Of a DNA stretch of 64,000 nt, positions 18,403 through 27,650 are shown in pieces (positions within the stretch are counted from its first letter, which is position 1; every line of letters starts with the position of its first letter). Under the pieces are notes generated by a model, which made no database searches, had not been told where the DNA came from, and saw only the letters and a list, made by a program, of their open reading frames with translations. Both the position numbers and the translations under genes were made by a program. Source of the DNA: Candidatus Omnitrophota bacterium (lineage in GTDB: Bacteria; Omnitrophota; Gorgyraeia; Gygaellales; Profunditerraquicolaceae). The stretch covers positions 566-64,565 of the forward strand of contig JAHKAP010000077.1 of NCBI GenBank assembly GCA_018825985.1. Direction: 5' to 3'.

Positions 18403-19425
18403 CTATACCTTCGTATTTTTCACTTGTTCTATCACGTCATCAACGGTAATTACCTTCATGCAGCGATTATCCGGACAATCAACCTCATAGCAGGGAGTAC
18501 GGCACCCGATATCTTTTTTAATGATAATCGTACTGGCTCCCGGATTTGGCCCGGTAATTAATGGAGAGGTTGGGCCGAATAACCCGATAATCTTTTTAGA
18601 GCCTATAGCATTGGCAATATGTAACGGCCCGCTATCCGCGCTAATGAAACAATCCAGTCTTTTAAAAAGAGCTGCCAATTGTTTTAGACTCAATAGCCCG
18701 CAGGCAATTATCGGTTCACTTGATAGCTGAGCCTGAATATCCATGACCAAGCCCCGATCTTCCGGGCCTCCGGTCACTACAACCTTAGCGTGGGATTCTT
18801 TGATCAATCTTTCGATCAAAACAACCCATGATTCTTTAGGCCAGCGCTTAGGCAACCAATTCCCCCCCGGGTTAACCCCTATCAGAAAATCTTCTCTTTT
18901 AATTCCATTTTTATTTGTAAAATATTCGATGAATTTATTGTCTTCTTCATTTATAAAAAATTCAGTATACCTATCCTCCGCCTTAAACCCTGCCTTTTGT
19001 ATTATATTCAGATAATAATCTATGCGATGAACCCGGTCCCTATCCGCAGGCGTTATCCTTTTGGTCAGGAGAAACCCGAGTTTTTTGGTATCATAGCCTA
19101 TCCTTTCAGGTATTCCGGCAAGATAACAGATCAATGCCCTGGTTAAAGAACGATGCAATAAAAATACCAGGCTGAATTTACCGGCCTTAAGAGACCTGAT
19201 AAAAGCAATCTTTCCCCAAAAACCGGAGTGCTTTACTTTTTCGTCAAAAATTATGATTTCATCCAGGTGAGGATTACCTTTTAATACCGGATAACAGCGG
19301 GGCGGGATAACGCAAGCGATAATGGCGTCGGGGAAATTATAACGGATGTTCCTGATCGTAGCGGTAGAAAACAAAACATCACCCAGCCAATTAACATTAA
19401 ATATCAGGATCCTTTTAGTAGCCAT
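18403..19425 (-). CDS. LPS heptosyltransferase II-like (GT9)
   Basis: NWLGDV, KRWP, DSGPLH and LFGPT motifs. Confidence 0.9.
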   Translation of the reverse strand: MATKRILIFNVNWLGDVLFSTATIRNIRYNFPDAIIACVIPPRCYPVLKGNPHLDEIIIFDEKVKHSGFWGKIAFIRSLKAGKFSLVFLLHRSLTRALICYLAGIPERIGYDTKKLGFLLTKRITPADRDRVHRIDYYLNIIQKAGFKAEDRYTEFFINEEDNKFIEYFTNKNGIKREDFLIGVNPGGNWLPKRWPKESWVVLIERLIKESHAKVVVTGGPEDRGLVMDIQAQLSSEPIIACGLLSLKQLAALFKRLDCFISADSGPLHIANAIGSKKIIGLFGPTSPLITGPNPGASTIIIKKDIGCRTPCYEVDCPDNRCMKVITVDDVIEQVKNTKV

Positions 19426-20233
19426 TGCGCTTTTCTTTCATAAAAGCATAGTAGCCTGAAGACTGTACCCAAAAGATAAACAGGTTCCCGGCCTTATCAG
19501 AGATCCTTATACGTTTCAATGCAAAAACGTCATCACCGGGAAAATTCCTCCCCGGAGAAGTGGCTACTGCCGCTTTATATCCGGCTTCTTTAACCAATTC
19601 TTTAACCCGTTGATTGAAAAAACCTTTAGGGTAACAAAAAGTATTTATTGGCCGGCCCAGCCTTTCCTCCAATATTTTTTTAGAACTTAAGATTTCTTTT
19701 CTTAACTCATCTTCAGACCTGATTTCCGTAAGCACATGATGGCTTAAGGTGTGGCTGCCGAAGTTAATCAAGCCCGAATCCTGCATCAAAATTACATCCT
19801 CCCAGTTTAATTTATCACCTAAGCCCACTTTATTTCCTATTTCGTCGGTAATAAGAAATATGGTAGCCGGAAGGTTATATTTTTTTAATACCGGAAAGGC
19901 GTAGGTATAATTATCCCAATAGCCGTCATCAAAGGTTATAGCTAATGTTTTAGGAGGTATTTTTCTTTTTTCTTTTATCATCTCTCCTATCTCTACCAGC
20001 GAGACTACATTATAATTCCTCTCTTTCAGGAAACGCATCTGGCGCTCGAATGATCTTGTTGAAACAATCAACCTCGCGCCCCGGGGTACTTCAGGCCTCA
20101 CCGCATGATACATAAGTATGGGCACTATGTAATTTTTACGGAGATAGCCGATATAACTTATGATCAGATACGCTGATACCAAAAATAATGTTATTCCGGC
20201 TATTAATATTCTTAAGGTCTTGCGCTTAAACAT
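19415..20233 (-). CDS. Polysaccharide deacetylase (CE4)
   Basis: PILMYH, ITFDDGY, GSHTLSH and FCYPKG motifs. Confidence 0.9.
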   Translation of the reverse strand: MFKRKTLRILIAGITLFLVSAYLIISYIGYLRKNYIVPILMYHAVRPEVPRGARLIVSTRSFERQMRFLKERNYNVVSLVEIGEMIKEKRKIPPKTLAITFDDGYWDNYTYAFPVLKKYNLPATIFLITDEIGNKVGLGDKLNWEDVILMQDSGLINFGSHTLSHHVLTEIRSEDELRKEILSSKKILEERLGRPINTFCYPKGFFNQRVKELVKEAGYKAAVATSPGRNFPGDDVFALKRIRISDKAGNLFIFWVQSSGYYAFMKEKRNGY

Positions 20234-21318
20234 TCCCGGTATACCTCCTCTGTACGAACGACCATCCTTTCTAATGAAAATTTATTTTTTATAAAGTCGC
20301 TGGCCTTGGCCCCTAAAGATTCTCTTTTAAGAGGATCAGAAAACAGCTCTGATATAGCCTGAGCCAGGCTATTTTCATCGGCTGGTTTTACCAAAATTCC
20401 GTTCTCTCTATCCCGGATCAGGCTTTTGATTCCGCCTACATCAGTTCCTATTACTGCCAGGCCGCAGGCCATTGCCTCCATTAAACCCAGTCCCAACCCT
20501 TCTTTTAATGAAGGTAGAACAAAAACATCCATTGCAGATAATACTTCCCGGGTATCAGTAACGTTGGCTAAGAAAATAACGCTATCTGTCAGATCAAGCT
20601 CCCGGGTAAGCCTTAATAGATCATTTTTTATTTTTCCTTCTCCGACGATTAAAAGCTGGGCTTCAGGGAATTTAAGCTTCGCCTGCCTAATCGCGCGAAT
20701 CAAATAAATATGGCCTTTTACATTCGAAAGCCTGGCTACGATTCCGGCCACCGGGCCTTTCTTTAAACCAAGTCTCTTCCTGGCGTCTTCTTTAATCTTT
20801 AAACTCTGGATTTTAAACTTATCAACGTCTATTCCATTATTTACCAGCCTGATCTGTTCTTTTTTTAAACCGAAATCCCGGATTAAATGTTCCTCTACCT
20901 GCTCGCTTATAGCGATGACCTTATCTCCCCAGCAGGGAAAAATCCTGCGGGATAACCTGTTTTTGAAAAAACCATGGCAGGTTGTTACGTGAGCTATATG
21001 GCTGTATTTTTTAACTAAACAACCCAGTACCTGGGTTACCCGGGTATGAGAATGAATAATATCTATATGATTATCTTCAATATAAGGCTGCAGGCGGAAT
21101 AGGCTGGATAATATCTTAAAAAAATCAGCTTCGGACTTGGTCTTAATCGGGATAGAAAGAAAATCAACGCCTAAACCTTTAAATTCGTCCAGCAATTCCC
21201 CAGAGCTGGAGGCCAAATAAATATTATGCCCCTTGTCTTTTAAACCCTTACTCAGGGATAAAAGATAGCTGGAGATCCCTCCGGTATTAAGATGGGTGGA
21301 AAGAAATAATATATTCAT
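20212..21318 (-). CDS. GT4 glycosyltransferase
   Basis: KGHIYL and EGLGLGLMEAMACG motifs. Confidence 0.9.
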   Translation of the reverse strand: MNILFLSTHLNTGGISSYLLSLSKGLKDKGHNIYLASSSGELLDEFKGLGVDFLSIPIKTKSEADFFKILSSLFRLQPYIEDNHIDIIHSHTRVTQVLGCLVKKYSHIAHVTTCHGFFKNRLSRRIFPCWGDKVIAISEQVEEHLIRDFGLKKEQIRLVNNGIDVDKFKIQSLKIKEDARKRLGLKKGPVAGIVARLSNVKGHIYLIRAIRQAKLKFPEAQLLIVGEGKIKNDLLRLTRELDLTDSVIFLANVTDTREVLSAMDVFVLPSLKEGLGLGLMEAMACGLAVIGTDVGGIKSLIRDRENGILVKPADENSLAQAISELFSDPLKRESLGAKASDFIKNKFSLERMVVRTEEVYRECLSARP

Positions 21319-23405
21319 TACAACAGCTTATTTACCGCCTCCAGGACCTCTTCCCAGGTTATAGAGTTCATGCATTTTTGTTTCTTGCATTTAGATCTGT
21401 AACAGGGAGAACAAGGCAAGTCTTTTTTAATAACAGTATATTTCTTAGCCGGAGGCAAATGCCTCTTGGGGTCTGTCGGCCCGAACAAAGCTATAAAAGG
21501 CGTACCCACACAACTGGCAATATGCATCGGCGCTGAATCCATAGATATATACACGCCGCATTTAGCGATCAAACAGGCGAGTTGATTAATAGTGGTTTTC
21601 CCGCAGGCATTAATAGGTTTTGCGCCCTTTATTGCATTAATCAAATTGCCGGCCTGATCCAGGTCCTCTTGCGCTCCGGTAATAACCACCCGCGTATCCT
21701 GACGGCTCAGTTCATCGCATAATCTGGCTATTTTGGATATCGGCCAAATCTTAGTGGCCCATCTGGCGCTGGCGCTTATATTTATACCCACGATCTTCTG
21801 ATTTAAGCTCAACCACTCCGCACCTAAGAATTCGTTTATATAACGCTCATCTTCGGGGCTAGGCCAGAGTTCCAGGCGAGTGTCTTTCAACTCAATATCC
21901 AGCATCTTTAATATCCTGAACTGATGAGAAACCGGGTCCATTGCCCGCAGATTATCTTTGATCTTATGATTTAATAAAAATCCGAATTTTTTATTATCAT
22001 AACCATACTGATCAAAAGCCAGGGTCAGGCGGGAGAGTATGTGGCTATTACGGTTATTCTGCAAATCAATAACCTTATCAAAATTCTTTCTCCTTAAGTA
22101 CCCCCCCAATTTTAAAAGCCCCCTTAATCCCTTATCCCTGTTTTTAAGATCGCAGACCAAAAGTTCGTCAATATATGGGCAGCGCAAAAGTATACTTTTC
22201 GATTCCTCGCCGACCAGAAAACTGATCTTATAATTTGGCCCGAATTTCTCCCTTATCGCCCGGATCGCCGCAGTAGTAAGTATCACATCTCCCAGGGAAC
22301 TGAATTTAATGACCAGAATCCTGAAATTCGCCAGGGCTTCCCGGTAAACATCAAGTGTATTCTTTACCATCAGCTCTATATTATATTTTTCCTTAACTCT
22401 TTTATAGGCATTCTCAGCGAGCCTGGCAGCCATCTCCTTATCCTGAAAAATCTTAATTACCGCATCTGACATGGCTTGGGGATCAGCCGGAGGAACTAAT
22501 AATCCATTGGCTTTATCCTCGATAATATCGACCACTCCCCCTACCGAAGTTGCCACCACCGGAACACCGCTGGCCTGGGCTTCAATAATGACCCTGCCAA
22601 AGGCTTCATGGGTAGTAGTGGCTAAAACCAAAACATCCAGGTTTTTCATGATCGCCGGGATATCTTTCTGAGTGCCTAAAAATTCAGTACAATGCCAAAG
22701 CCCGAGCCTTTTTACTAATACCTTTAATTCGTCTTTATAAGCCTCCTTGGAAACCGGGGCATCCCCGACGATCCAGATCTTCAGCCTAGGGATCAAACGC
22801 TGGACCTTGGCCATGGCTTTAATAAAATGCAGGTGGCCTTTGATAGGAGTAATCCTTCCGATTATACCGATATGAAAATCATTGCCTTTTTTTTCCGAGA
22901 GCGAGCTATATTTAAATTTATCCAGGTCTACGCTGCGGGGTATCAGCCTAACCTTATCACGGGGCACCAGGAAATCATCGATCATGTGCCTGGCTATAAC
23001 ATTGCTAATAACAATGACTCTTTTCCCCCATCCCATAACCTGGCTAAAAATATGTTTCTTATAATAGCCATGGCATGTAGTTATAAAAATGGCTCTGGCC
23101 CTGCGGCTGGCAAAATAAGCGATCCAGGCCGGAACCCGGGAACGGGCGTGGACAATCTCTATATTCTCTTTTTTGATTATTTCAGATAATTTGGGTATCA
23201 GCCGGAGAGCATTGAATAATGATTTCTTGTGCACCGGCAGCTGGTAATGAAGAGCGCCGCTGGATTCGATCTCCCGGACCAGGTCTCCGCCGTTAGAAAT
23301 AACCACCACCTTATGGCCAAGCTTAACCAGCGAACGGGTTAAGTCCACTACACCAGTCTCCACTCCGCCTACATTTAATTCCGGCAACACCTGAAGTATA
23401 TTCAT
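21318..23405 (-). CDS. GT4-GT9 fusion glycosyltransferase
   Basis: N-terminal half EAFGRVIIEAQASG; C-terminal half SSLGDV, DSAPMH and LFGPT. Confidence 0.9.
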   Translation of the reverse strand: MNILQVLPELNVGGVETGVVDLTRSLVKLGHKVVVISNGGDLVREIESSGALHYQLPVHKKSLFNALRLIPKLSEIIKKENIEIVHARSRVPAWIAYFASRRARAIFITTCHGYYKKHIFSQVMGWGKRVIVISNVIARHMIDDFLVPRDKVRLIPRSVDLDKFKYSSLSEKKGNDFHIGIIGRITPIKGHLHFIKAMAKVQRLIPRLKIWIVGDAPVSKEAYKDELKVLVKRLGLWHCTEFLGTQKDIPAIMKNLDVLVLATTTHEAFGRVIIEAQASGVPVVATSVGGVVDIIEDKANGLLVPPADPQAMSDAVIKIFQDKEMAARLAENAYKRVKEKYNIELMVKNTLDVYREALANFRILVIKFSSLGDVILTTAAIRAIREKFGPNYKISFLVGEESKSILLRCPYIDELLVCDLKNRDKGLRGLLKLGGYLRRKNFDKVIDLQNNRNSHILSRLTLAFDQYGYDNKKFGFLLNHKIKDNLRAMDPVSHQFRILKMLDIELKDTRLELWPSPEDERYINEFLGAEWLSLNQKIVGINISASARWATKIWPISKIARLCDELSRQDTRVVITGAQEDLDQAGNLINAIKGAKPINACGKTTINQLACLIAKCGVYISMDSAPMHIASCVGTPFIALFGPTDPKRHLPPAKKYTVIKKDLPCSPCYRSKCKKQKCMNSITWEEVLEAVNKLL

Positions 23406-23414
23406 TTTATTTGA

Positions 23415-25382
23415 TTAAATCACCCTGCGTAAAGCATCCTTTACGATCTGTCTATCTTTAAGTATATTTATAACCGGTTTATCGCGGAACAGCCTGATAA
23501 TAAGTGACGATATCCCTGCGGGTTCGCAAAAATAAATATACCTTTTGTCCGCCATATAATTTAGGAATTTTCTATGCCTGGAATCAACCTTAGATCCAAA
23601 AACCACAACATAACGGTTGCTAGAGGCGGCTTCAGAAATCATAGATATGCTTTCTGCTGATACCAGAACTACCTCACTTAAAGCCAGGATACCGCCGACT
23701 GCCTCTGGCACATTATCCTCATTGGCGATTATCAAAAGCTTAGTAAATGAAAAACCCGCTAATTCACCCCTTACAACCTTCTCAACCTTACCGGAAGTCC
23801 GGCGGGAAGTAGTAGCCAGGATATCCGCATTAAGCTTGGAAGAAACTGATTTTAGTTCTTTAATCACCTCTGCGACATCGTTTTTATCTAAGCTGAAATC
23901 TTTGGTATCTCCTCCTATTAACAAACCGATAACAGGATTTTTGCTCCGGGCTGTGGGCTGCGGGCTCTGGGCAACTGATTTCAGCCGCATTAAAAGAGCC
24001 TGGGATTGCTGGTTTAAGTATTCTTCATCAATCAGATTTAAGGCCCCTTCAGTGATCACGATATTTCTTGCCGGGCGCGGATTATCGTGTCTGGGGATCA
24101 GAGCCAAATCAAATTTTTTTTTATTCATGCCCGCAGGACGCATAATAACCAAGGACTTAGCTTGGTTTTCTGAAGAAAGTATCAAATTTACCGGGGCCAG
24201 GAAAGAACCGCAGGAAATAATAATATCGGGCTTTATCCTGACGGCAGCGGCAAAACTATCTTTTTTTAAAAAATACTTCAGACACCTTAGGCACCCCTGA
24301 CAACTATACTTATCGCTTAAGGAACTACCGGCCAATATTGCTAAACGGGACAACTTACTTTTAAATTCCACCGTTAGCATTCGTAAGTTAACCGATATAT
24401 TTTTTTCTTTAAGCAATTCCTGCAAAGCTTTGGCTAAAGCCTGCGACTGCCTGAGATGGCCGGTTTTAGCATCGCTTAAGATTAAAATATTCCTTTCGTC
24501 GGAATATTTCCAGATTTTATACGTCCACAGATAATCTAAGGGGTACTGACGGATAGAATCTTCAAAAATAGCTACCAGGCGCTGGAGGTTATCCCGGACG
24601 TCTAATTCCTGGTCATCGCTCCTTCTTATCTCAAAAGGAGGCTTTAATGTTAATTTTAAATTTGGCCCCTGGATACGAGTAGTATAAACAGGAATTATTG
24701 TAGCATCATATTTTAAAGCCAGGCGTACGGCACCGCTTGGCATTGAAGCGTTCCTGCTGAAAAACTTAACCTGGGTGCCAGATTTACCTCCCTGGTCAAC
24801 AGTCATACCGACCGACTGATTTTCTCTTAATATTGAAATGAGTTGCTTTAGCTGGTTTTCGCGCTTGATCAGCCTGCATCCCTTTTGTTGACGGTAACTA
24901 TTTAAAAGCCGGTTCATCAATGGGTATTTCTGATCCTGCACAAACATATAGAAAGGTATGCCGGCATTCGCCGAAATAATATTGGACAGTTCCCAGCTGC
25001 CTTCATGCATTCCGACAAAGATTATACCTTTGCCTCTTTTAAAACCTGTCTGGATATGCTCCAACCCTTCAATAGTTATATATTTATCAAAATAATCCTT
25101 GTCGATTAAAGGTATAAGAAAAACTTCCATCAAGCACTGAAAAAACCTGCGCAAAGAACCCCTGGCTATCCGAGAAAATTCTTCCGGCTCTTTTCTGTCG
25201 GCAAAGGCAGCGCGGATATTCGAATAAGCTACTCTCCTGCGCTTGGCAGCAATCAAATAATATATATCCCCCAATATCGCGCCCAGGGAAAAAACCGTTC
25301 TTCCGGGGAGGATTCTTAAAACCGGGCCCAGCGTTTTAATCAGGCAATATCCCAGATAATCTGCTACAGAATGTTTGTTCAT
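23415..25382 (-). CDS. Lipid A acyltransferase (LpxL-like) fused to an ELM1/GtrOC1-like domain
   Basis: N-terminal half HEGSWE, DQ and YLWTYKIWK; C-terminal half SDAKTGHLRQS, LIGG, TSRRT and ESISMISEA. Confidence 0.8.
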   Translation of the reverse strand: MNKHSVADYLGYCLIKTLGPVLRILPGRTVFSLGAILGDIYYLIAAKRRRVAYSNIRAAFADRKEPEEFSRIARGSLRRFFQCLMEVFLIPLIDKDYFDKYITIEGLEHIQTGFKRGKGIIFVGMHEGSWELSNIISANAGIPFYMFVQDQKYPLMNRLLNSYRQQKGCRLIKRENQLKQLISILRENQSVGMTVDQGGKSGTQVKFFSRNASMPSGAVRLALKYDATIIPVYTTRIQGPNLKLTLKPPFEIRRSDDQELDVRDNLQRLVAIFEDSIRQYPLDYLWTYKIWKYSDERNILILSDAKTGHLRQSQALAKALQELLKEKNISVNLRMLTVEFKSKLSRLAILAGSSLSDKYSCQGCLRCLKYFLKKDSFAAAVRIKPDIIISCGSFLAPVNLILSSENQAKSLVIMRPAGMNKKKFDLALIPRHDNPRPARNIVITEGALNLIDEEYLNQQSQALLMRLKSVAQSPQPTARSKNPVIGLLIGGDTKDFSLDKNDVAEVIKELKSVSSKLNADILATTSRRTSGKVEKVVRGELAGFSFTKLLIIANEDNVPEAVGGILALSEVVLVSAESISMISEAASSNRYVVVFGSKVDSRHRKFLNYMADKRYIYFCEPAGISSLIIRLFRDKPVINILKDRQIVKDALRRVI

Positions 25383-26424
25383 TTTTTATAATCTTCAATT
25401 CTATCGCCAGGATCAGAAAACTTAACCCTTGGCACTTATCCATTATACCTAAGCCTGAAAGTCTGACTGCATCTTTTTCAGTAGTAACGATAGCGCTAAC
25501 ACCAAGGCGCTTTGCCTGGTTAATAATATTACCCAGGTCTTGGCGGGTATAATTATGGTGATCGGAAAATTTAAAAGATAAACCTATCTTAGCCTCTAAC
25601 CTAATAATTAATTCCTCAAATGAATCGGGATCGCCAATTCCTGAAAAAACAACAACATTTTTATCTTTAATCGAATCCAGACCCAATAATTGATCATCAT
25701 TACCAAAGAGATAGAAGCCTTTTGGTTGATGCGCCGATTCGAAAATCTCCGCCCGGGAATTAATTCTGGCCAAAAAATCCTTAATATCTTGGATGTCCGG
25801 ATTCAGATTGACCTTGGTTATTACAAAGATGTCGGCGCGCTTAAGCGCAGAAATAGGCTCACGCAGCATCCCCCGGGGTAAACAATGAAAATTACCAAAG
25901 GGGTCGGTAGCGTCTATAACTACAATCTCTAAATCTTTCTTGATCCCCCACTGTTGAAAACCATCATCCAATATAACCATACCGGTTTTATACACCTGGC
26001 AGGCTGTTTTAGCGGACCTGGTCCGGTCAGGTCCTACTATAACCGGGATATTCAACTTTTTGGATAACATATAAGGCTCATCGCCCATAGTAGCGTAGCT
26101 GGAAGCTATGAGCTGAGAGTTAACAGCCTGACCCTTGGCAAGCTTTTTGTAGCCACGGGTTAAAATAGCTATTTTCTTTCCTTTTGATTTAAAAAAACGG
26201 GCAATAAACTCAACTAAGCAGGTCTTACCTGTTCCTCCTAAGGTAATATTGCCAACGCTGATAACTCTGCAACCCAGGCTGGTTTGTCTTAAACTATTTA
26301 AAACAACTAAAATCCTGATAATTAGGCCATATATAATTGCCAGGATAAACAAAAAGAACCTGATTAACCCAGGGACTAAACCCCTGTGTTTACCGATAAT
26401 TATGTTATAAAGATACCTTTTCAT
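25336..26424 (-). CDS. lpxK: Tetraacyldisaccharide 4'-kinase
   Basis: VGNITLGGTGKT, GDEP, LDDGFQ, LPRGMLRE and TTEKDAVR motifs. Confidence 0.95.
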   Translation of the reverse strand: MKRYLYNIIIGKHRGLVPGLIRFFLFILAIIYGLIIRILVVLNSLRQTSLGCRVISVGNITLGGTGKTCLVEFIARFFKSKGKKIAILTRGYKKLAKGQAVNSQLIASSYATMGDEPYMLSKKLNIPVIVGPDRTRSAKTACQVYKTGMVILDDGFQQWGIKKDLEIVVIDATDPFGNFHCLPRGMLREPISALKRADIFVITKVNLNPDIQDIKDFLARINSRAEIFESAHQPKGFYLFGNDDQLLGLDSIKDKNVVVFSGIGDPDSFEELIIRLEAKIGLSFKFSDHHNYTRQDLGNIINQAKRLGVSAIVTTEKDAVRLSGLGIMDKCQGLSFLILAIELKIIKNEQTFCSRLSGILPD

Positions 26425-26496
26425 AAACGCTTAACCCCCTAGGGATTATACCGCCAAAAACATAAAACCCCAAGCCTTTTTGCCTAAGGGAGAAAA

Positions 26497-26558
26497 AATG
26501 GGGTCAGAATTATTTTTTCTAGCACGCAGGCTAAAGAAAAAATAATTCTGACCCCATT
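26497..26558. repeat. 24-bp perfect inverted repeat element, copy 1 (could also act as a terminator after trpD)
   Basis: AATGGGGTCAGAATTATTTTTTCT / AGAAAAAATAATTCTGACCCCATT. Confidence 0.9.
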
Positions 26559-26576
26559 CCCCCCCATTTCTGGAGT

Positions 26577-27641
26577 CTATTGATTGCTGAACTTGATTAA
26601 ATCTTCCAGCTTCTTTAAGGCGTTTTTGCTGTCTATGGATTTGCGGGCAATCTCTACCCCTTGTTTGAAATCTTGGGCAGCCCCGGCAGCCAGAAATCCG
26701 GCAGCGGCATTCATCAAAACCACATCCCTCTTAGGCCCTAATTCCTGCCCACTTAAGATATCCAAGATTATCCGGGCATTCTCCCGGGCATCGCCTCCCT
26801 TTATATCTTCCAGTTTAGCCTTTTTTAAACCGAATTCCTCAGGTTCAACATAAAAAGTCTTTATTTCGCCATTTTTTAACTGCGATATCCTGGTCTTTCC
26901 GATAATACTAATCTCATCCAGGCTGCCTTCTCCGTAAAATACTAATGCTGATTTTGTCCCTAAATTATTTAAAACCGCGGCTAGTTTTTCAGTCAGATCC
27001 GGGTTATAAACCCCTAGAACCTGGACATTTGCTGAAGCGGGATTAGTCAAAGGGCCCAGTATATTAAATATAGTCCGGATACCGATTTCTTTCCTGGGAA
27101 CCAAGGCATGCTTCATCGCGCTGTGATATAAAGGGGCATAAAGAAATCCGATCCCAACTTTTTCAATGCACTCCTTAACCTTCTCCGGCTGAATATCGAT
27201 ATTAATCCCCAGGGAGCTAATTACATCGGCGCTTCCGCAAAGGCTGGATACTGAACGGTTGCCGTGTTTAGCAACCAAAAAGTTCGCTCCGGCAACCACA
27301 AAAGCCGTAGCAGTGGAGATATTAAAAGTCTTAGTCCCATCTCCGCCTGTGCCACAAGTATCAATAATAGTCTCATAATCAAGGTTGATCTCATCCCGGT
27401 CAATATCTACAATACTTATATTCGCTTTATCAATCTTGATCTTAACAGCTCTCTCCCGCATTACCAGGGCGGCGCCAGTAATCTCTTCCACGGTCTCTGA
27501 CTTCATCCGCAAAGCAGTGATAAATGAGGCTATCTGGGACACAGTAGCTATACCATCCATGATCTCACGCATTACCGCAACCGCTTCTATTTTGGTCAGG
27601 TTCTCGCCTTTAACCGCTTTCTCGATCATCTCTTTAATCAT
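26577..27641 (-). CDS. trpD: Anthranilate phosphoribosyltransferase
   Basis: [19 protein letters not shown] and [13 protein letters not shown] motifs. Confidence 0.96.
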   Translation of the reverse strand: MIKEMIEKAVKGENLTKIEAVAVMREIMDGIATVSQIASFITALRMKSETVEEITGAALVMRERAVKIKIDKANISIVDIDRDEINLDYETIIDTCGTGGDGTKTFNISTATAFVVAGANFLVAKHGNRSVSSLCGSADVISSLGINIDIQPEKVKECIEKVGIGFLYAPLYHSAMKHALVPRKEIGIRTIFNILGPLTNPASANVQVLGVYNPDLTEKLAAVLNNLGTKSALVFYGEGSLDEISIIGKTRISQLKNGEIKTFYVEPEEFGLKKAKLEDIKGGDARENARIILDILSGQELGPKRDVVLMNAAAGFLAAGAAQDFKQGVEIARKSIDSKNALKKLEDLIKFSNQ

Positions 27642-27650
27642 TTCCCACCC

